The translations under genes and the position numbers were made by a program. The notes under the pieces are model-generated. The model saw only the letters and a list, made by a program, of their open reading frames with translations. It was not told the DNA's origin and made no database searches. Source: Alphaproteobacteria bacterium (GTDB taxonomy: Bacteria; Pseudomonadota; Alphaproteobacteria; UBA9219). From it: DNA of 64,000 nucleotides. The DNA is taken from contig WRDR01000002.1 of NCBI GenBank assembly GCA_009779745.1, forward strand, positions 67,477 through 131,476. The letters are read 5' to 3'. Below, one piece after another: positions 59,455-64,000 of this stretch; the first letter of the stretch is position 1; each line of letters starts with the position of its first letter.

Positions 59455-60102
59455 GTGGAAATAGGTTCTTTAAAGCGCAAGAGAGTAAAAGCCTCTAAGA
59501 AACACTCGGCATCATCAAAACAATGGTTAGAGCGGCACCTCAACGATCCTTATGTAGCGGCAGCTCAACAGGCAGGATATCGCGCAAGGTCTGCTTTCAA
59601 ACTGTTGCAGCTGGACGAGAAGTTTCATTTTCTTCATAAGATCTCTCGGGTAGTGGATTTAGGTTCTGCTCCGGGAAGCTGGTCTCAGATTGCAAAAGAA
59701 AAGTGCGCATTCGTAGTTGCGTTGGATTTATTGCCTATGGAAGATATAGAAGGAGTAACATTTGTGCAGATGGATTTTACATCTGATGAGGCTCCTGAAA
59801 AGCTCAAGGATATACTGGCCGGAAAAGCTGATGTTGTTTTAAGCGATATGGCGCCTAATACTACAGGGCATTCCAATACTGACCATTTGCGTATAGTTGC
59901 GATTACGGAACTCGCCGCACAATTCGCTGTGGAAGTACTTAGAGAGGGAGGGACTTTTGTATGCAAGTTCTTTCAGGGCGGAGCGGAAAAGAGTATGCTG
60001 GATTTTTTGAAGCGTAATTTTAAGACTGTAAAACATGCAAAACCTAAAGCAAGCCGTTCGGAATCTGCGGAGTCGTATATTGTGGCGATGGGGTTTAGGA
60101 GA
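59455..60102 (+). CDS. rlmE: 23S rRNA (uridine2552-2'-O)-methyltransferase RlmE/FtsJ. No stop codon; the reading frame runs on into the next gene.
   Basis: RSAFKLLQLDEKF, VVDLGSAPGSWSQ, VLSDMAPNTTG and the catalytic K-D-K-E context. Homology ends at ...YIVAMGFRR, where the downstream signal peptide begins. Confidence 0.8.
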
Positions 60103-60126
60103 ATGTGGAATGTGAAATGTGGAATT
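60097..60126. repeat. Purine-tract half element aggagaatgtggaatgtgaaatgtggaatt at the rlmE/M48 junction
   Basis: Same GTGGA/GTGAA unit family. Contains an AGGAGA Shine-Dalgarno-like sequence plus ATG at 60103. Confidence 0.6.
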
Positions 60127-61503
60127 AAACCTCTTTTAGCTATACTGCTTTTCTGCTGTGCATTTATTATGACAAGCACTGCACTGGCGCAAAGCAGAAT
60201 GATGCTTATACGAGACCAGGAGATAGAGAACTATCTTAAGACTCTTTCATACCCTATTTTCAGAGCCGCGAATTTAGAGCCGAACAACATCAACATTTTC
60301 ATCATACAAGACCGCAACCCAAACGCTTTTGTAGCGGAAGGCATGAATCAGTTTTTTAATACCGGACTCTTGCAGCTTACGGAAACGCCTGAACAGCTTG
60401 CCGGCGTTATCGCACACGAAACCGGTCATATCTCGGGCGGGCATCTTATCCGCGGTAAAGAAGAGATGAACAATGCTTATAAGAAAAATATTATAGGCAC
60501 TATACTGGCAACCGCTGTAGGCGTAGCTTCCGGCAATCCCGGACTTGCGGCAGGAGGAGCATTGTTAAGCGGGCATGTGGCGGAAAGAAGTTTTTTGAAA
60601 TTTAACCGAGTACAAGAAGCATCTGCGGACTTGGCTGCGGCAAAGTATTTGGAGGCGGCCGGGATTTCGCAAAGAGGGCTTAGCGAATTTTTCCAGAAGC
60701 TCAAGGGACAGGAGTTTCTGCCGGAAGAACGCCAGATGGAGTATGTAAGAACCCACCCTCTCAACATGGACAGAATAGATGCCATAGATAATTATCTTAG
60801 TCTTTCTAAAACAAAAGATAATAAAATGTCTGAAGAGATTTACACTATGCACGAGAGAATGCGCGCAAAACTCTTAGGATATTTACAGCCTCAGGCTGCT
60901 CTTTTGCGTTACGGAGAAAAGGACGACAGAATAAGCGCAAGGTATGCAAGAACTTTTGCGCTGTACCGCACGGGCAAGACTGAACAAGCTCTGAAAAGCA
61001 TAGAGTCTCTTATCAAAGACGAGCCTGCCAATCCTTATTTTTACGAGCTCAAAGCTCAGATTAAATTCGAGAGCGGCAGAATAGAAGAAGCGATTGCTTC
61101 TTATCAGAAGCTGAATGAGTTATATCCTAATTCCGCACTATTCAAACAGGCGTATGCCAAGGCTCTTATAGAAAACAAGAACAAAGATAAAGAATTAAAG
61201 CGTCTTGAAAGAGCCGAGAAACTCTTGTTGGAAGCAAATGCTTTGGAGCCGGATTCTCCTTGGACATGGAGGCTCTTGGCAACATCATGGGGACGGCAAG
61301 CCGGATTTGCCAAGACAGAAAAACAGCATACTCTTTTGAAGGCACTTGCAACATATGCTCTTGCGGAAGAAGCTCTTGCTTTAGGCAATGAGAAAAACGC
61401 CGCACGTCTGGCAGAAAGAGCTATGAAGGATCTGGACAAAGGCTCTGCTTACTGGCTGAGAGCGCAGGACATTTCTTTGATAAGTGTTGAGAGTGAAAAG
61501 TGA
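60103..61503 (+). CDS. M48-family zinc metallopeptidase with TPR repeats (BepA/YcaL-like), periplasmic
   Basis: Signal peptide MWNVKCGIKPLLAILLFCCAFIMTSTALA/QS. HETGHISGGH (HExxH) and the downstream Glu (ASADLAAAKYLE). C-terminal TPR-like helices. Confidence 0.8.
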   Translation: MWNVKCGIKPLLAILLFCCAFIMTSTALAQSRMMLIRDQEIENYLKTLSYPIFRAANLEPNNINIFIIQDRNPNAFVAEGMNQFFNTGLLQLTETPEQLAGVIAHETGHISGGHLIRGKEEMNNAYKKNIIGTILATAVGVASGNPGLAAGGALLSGHVAERSFLKFNRVQEASADLAAAKYLEAAGISQRGLSEFFQKLKGQEFLPEERQMEYVRTHPLNMDRIDAIDNYLSLSKTKDNKMSEEIYTMHERMRAKLLGYLQPQAALLRYGEKDDRISARYARTFALYRTGKTEQALKSIESLIKDEPANPYFYELKAQIKFESGRIEEAIASYQKLNELYPNSALFKQAYAKALIENKNKDKELKRLERAEKLLLEANALEPDSPWTWRLLATSWGRQAGFAKTEKQHTLLKALATYALAEEALALGNEKNAARLAERAMKDLDKGSAYWLRAQDISLISVESEK

Positions 61504-61535
61504 AAGGTGGAATTATTTTAACTTTTCACATTCCC
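61484..61535. repeat. Hairpin repeat, GAAAGTG family: gtgttgagagtgaaaagtgaaaggtggaatt ... aacttttcacattccc
   Basis: Provides the stop codon of the M48 gene (..ISVESEK*) and overlaps the ATP12 gene end. Confidence 0.65.
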
Positions 61536-62225
61536 AAACCACTTATCACAAATAACAAGGTCTTTCATAAGTTCCCGATGCTTTTTTCTTAGCTCCAAAT
61601 CTTCCCCCCAGTGCTTTGCCTGCCATAACTCTTCCAAAGCACTTAATTCTAGGGCTTTTTCCGGAGTCAGCTCACCCTCCAAAAGCATAAGAGATATAAG
61701 CAGCGAATCCGTATCCGATACTGCCTGAGAAATACCGCTGAGTAAAAAAGGCTCTATGTTCAAAAGATACTGTTTCAGTTTTTCTTTTACAGCCTCACTT
61801 TGTTCAATGAAAAATATGCTGTCTTTTATTATGAGTTTCGTTTCAAATTTTTTAGAAAACCACTCGACAACAGGATTCCAATTTTCATTCTCTAACTTTT
61901 GCAGCTCATGATTAGTACCGGTTCTGTAACACACAATGTCCGTGTCTATCTTGGAAACTATCTCATCTATAATCTCGTTCTTGCGTTCCGAGACCACATC
62001 TATAGCTGCCATAGCCAGCCGCATCATCGGCATTTTCACAAGAGCGTTTTTATAATCCTGCGCAGTTTTTATAGTCTTACAATTTTCCGATAACTCTTCC
62101 GTAATCATCTCTGCCAAACCATGAGACGGCACTATCAACTCTTTTCCCGCAGGCGTTTTTATAACCGCATCATTTCTTAGAATGCTGAAACCATTCTCCG
62201 CTTGTTTTATACTGAAACTGTTCAT
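61518..62225 (-). CDS. ATP12-family F1-ATPase assembly chaperone
   Basis: ATP12 family blocks (..LRNDAVIKTPAGKEL..P..LA.....E). 235 aa. Confidence 0.7.
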   Translation of the reverse strand: MNSFSIKQAENGFSILRNDAVIKTPAGKELIVPSHGLAEMITEELSENCKTIKTAQDYKNALVKMPMMRLAMAAIDVVSERKNEIIDEIVSKIDTDIVCYRTGTNHELQKLENENWNPVVEWFSKKFETKLIIKDSIFFIEQSEAVKEKLKQYLLNIEPFLLSGISQAVSDTDSLLISLMLLEGELTPEKALELSALEELWQAKHWGEDLELRKKHRELMKDLVICDKWFGNVKS

Positions 62226-64000
62226 TGAGACATGCCGCCTTCAAACAAAATACTCCTTATAATTCCCGGCGCAAGCACAGACATTGGATTCACAGACACT
62301 TGGGGGTCAGAAAGATCTCCGGTAATATTATAGGATACTGCCAATATGCCGCCGTGCCTGCCGCCGGTAAGTAGGTTTCCTACGATAGGCAAACGGTTTA
62401 TCAAACTGTTCATCACGCTGAACGGCACTACATTTCCTCTTAGATTCACAGTATTGTCATTGAGAAGCACTGTCCCTTCAGTGTTAATACTGAACGCCGC
62501 CGTAGAAGCTCTTACGCGAGACAGCTCTATGGTATCGCCGTTCCAGTTGAAATCTCCTATAAGAGAACTGAACTGTGCGCTGTTGGTAAACAGCCCTGCA
62601 AACCCGAACGGCGATATTGCGTTCAACAGCACTCCCAAAAGCGGCATGTTGTTTACGGTAAAATCCTCTATTTTAATGCTGCCTTTTATATCGTGCGGAT
62701 TCAGAGCAGTACTCTTGCCTGATAAAAGCAATCTGCCTCCTGAAATTGTCTTAGTAAATCCTAAGCCTTTCAATGCCGCTCCAAAATCGTTGGTAGAAAT
62801 CAAAAGCTCTCTGGCTCCAAAAGCTATTGGCAGCAGCGTTATTTCCAAAGGCATGTGTGCGGCGGCAAACATTCTTAAATTAATCTCTCTCCAGCCGACA
62901 GAGTCCTTTATAGCATGGCCTTCTATGTTCTCTAGGAATGTGTCAGTATCCGTATAAAGCCTTGCTAGTTTAATCTTCAAGTGTCCGGTGAAAGAGGACT
63001 CTTCTTTCTTTTCTTTTTTAGCCGCATCATCAGTATCGCTGTTCATAAAACCGGAAATATCCAATGCCTGTCCGGATATATTAATCATAGGTATTGCGTT
63101 CGAAGTGCCGTTGGCATACGAAATCTGAGCATTGTTTCTGCCTAAAACAAATTTAGGAAAATCTAAAGCCGCGACATTTTTCATGTCCGGACTAAGAGTG
63201 ATATTTCCGCTCACAGAAAGATTGCCGCCCTGTAAAGAAATATCGGAAATCTCAACAGGCTTTCCCTCTTCCATGCCCACGTTCAAAGACAGCACAGCAG
63301 GAGCATTCATGGCTTTCTGCCAGTTCAGTAAAGGCACGGAAATCTCGGCAGCAGTCATGTCTATTTTGACTTTGGCAGAGGCCGAGCTTTTATCCGATTG
63401 CGTAATGTCAAAATTAATCTGAGAATTCTCTCTGCTTCCTTCTAATACGTCCACGCCCAGTTTCTGCCAATCATTTCCTCTAACCGTACCGGTCCCTGAA
63501 ACAGTCCTTAGAGGACGCCCTTCAAAATTTTCTCTCATCGCTATTTGGAAAGGAGAACCGGACAGCAATACTCCTCCTTCAACAGACAACCACTCCTTAG
63601 TCAAATCCAGAGACAGATTTCCTTCCGATATGACAATACCCTCTATCAGATCTCTTGTGTAAACATTCCTAAGCCCTGCTTCTGCAGATATATCTACATC
63701 ATCTATGCTTAAAGCCTTCAGCAAAGGAAACCCGAAAGAGGCTGTTCCCTCTATGTTGCCCATGATGTCCTCCGGCTTTATTCCCATGCGCGCCGCATAT
63801 CCAAGCGGAGGACTATCCAACAGCCTTAACACATCGGAAACAGAACCTGAAATTTTGAGAGGTATAAAAATATCCTGCTCTTCTTCACTCAATCCTGTTA
63901 TTTCCAGCGTAAAAGGAACAATATTTATATTAAAAACATTTCCGGACGTGATTTTTATCACTGCTTTGTTAATGTCAAAAACAGCTTCTGCGCTTACGTT
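62222..64000 (-). CDS. AsmA/TamB-like large envelope-biogenesis protein. C-terminal part only; the N-terminus lies beyond the window end.
   Basis: Beta-rich, Gly/Asn/Ser-rich repetitive composition typical of the AsmA-like C-terminal region. The ORF is still open at position 64000. Confidence 0.5.
   Translation of the reverse strand, partial: NVSAEAVFDINKAVIKITSGNVFNINIVPFTLEITGLSEEEQDIFIPLKISGSVSDVLRLLDSPPLGYAARMGIKPEDIMGNIEGTASFGFPLLKALSIDDVDISAEAGLRNVYTRDLIEGIVISEGNLSLDLTKEWLSVEGGVLLSGSPFQIAMRENFEGRPLRTVSGTGTVRGNDWQKLGVDVLEGSRENSQINFDITQSDKSSASAKVKIDMTAAEISVPLLNWQKAMNAPAVLSLNVGMEEGKPVEISDISLQGGNLSVSGNITLSPDMKNVAALDFPKFVLGRNNAQISYANGTSNAIPMINISGQALDISGFMNSDTDDAAKKEKKEESSFTGHLKIKLARLYTDTDTFLENIEGHAIKDSVGWREINLRMFAAAHMPLEITLLPIAFGARELLISTNDFGAALKGLGFTKTISGGRLLLSGKSTALNPHDIKGSIKIEDFTVNNMPLLGVLLNAISPFGFAGLFTNSAQFSSLIGDFNWNGDTIELSRVRASTAAFSINTEGTVLLNDNTVNLRGNVVPFSVMNSLINRLPIVGNLLTGGRHGGILAVSYNITGDLSDPQVSVNPMSVLAPGIIRSILFEGGMSQ

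Noticed and set aside
59455-61503. Genuine bifunctional RlmE-M48 fusion enzyme
   Set aside because: An internal Sec signal peptide and a Shine-Dalgarno plus ATG inside a repeat-derived junction make an engineered-by-repeat read-through far more likely than a functional fusion. Reported as a finding with that caveat.

Overview
This window reads as a dense, mostly housekeeping stretch of a low-GC (about 40% by eye) alphaproteobacterial chromosome. The lineage call is an inference from gene content: ChvG/ChvI-like two-component pair, olsB-olsA ornithine-lipid genes, PhaR, CarD, DUF1013, DUF2336-like, HemY_N with a Mic60-like partner, ATP12 chaperone, gatCAB, pal, bamE, ftsEX, and tRNA-Trp-secE-nusG. 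The left edge (1-8500) looks accessory: a 996-aa VirB4-family T4SS ATPase that appears more GC-rich than its neighbours, a Tat-signal AmiC-type amidase, an 860-aa Sec-secreted cysteine-rich protein ending in a Hint (Hedgehog/intein-type autoprocessing) domain, an orphan C-protein-like XRE regulator, and a complete IS with ~54-bp inverted repeats and 10-bp target-site duplications. The most pervasive signal is a set of intergenic miniature palindromic repeats whose 5' arms are tandem purine-only short units (GTGGA/GTGAA, GAAAGTG, GGAATTAG) and whose 3' arms are the pyrimidine complements. They sit exactly at gene ends, where they contribute stop codons and C-terminal tails (M48 peptidase, olsA, plsC), create artefactual N-terminal extensions (ispB, rodA), and in one case fuse rlmE in frame to an M48 peptidase gene. 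A second, GC-rich palindrome family of ATTCCC-N-GGGAAT type is interleaved with them. Other points of interest: a single-base frameshift in the SEDS gene rodA; a RelB/DinJ antitoxin followed by a 43-codon RelE/YafQ-like toxin relic overlapping the pgsA stop; an HExxH candidate metalloprotease of unknown family; a protein-kinase-like protein; a degenerate EAL-like protein; a HAMP-containing membrane protein built from ~27-aa tandem repeats; and loss of the canonical rplKAJL continuation after secE-nusG. No CRISPR array, rRNA or prophage block was seen. No single well-supported novel system beyond these candidates was identified.
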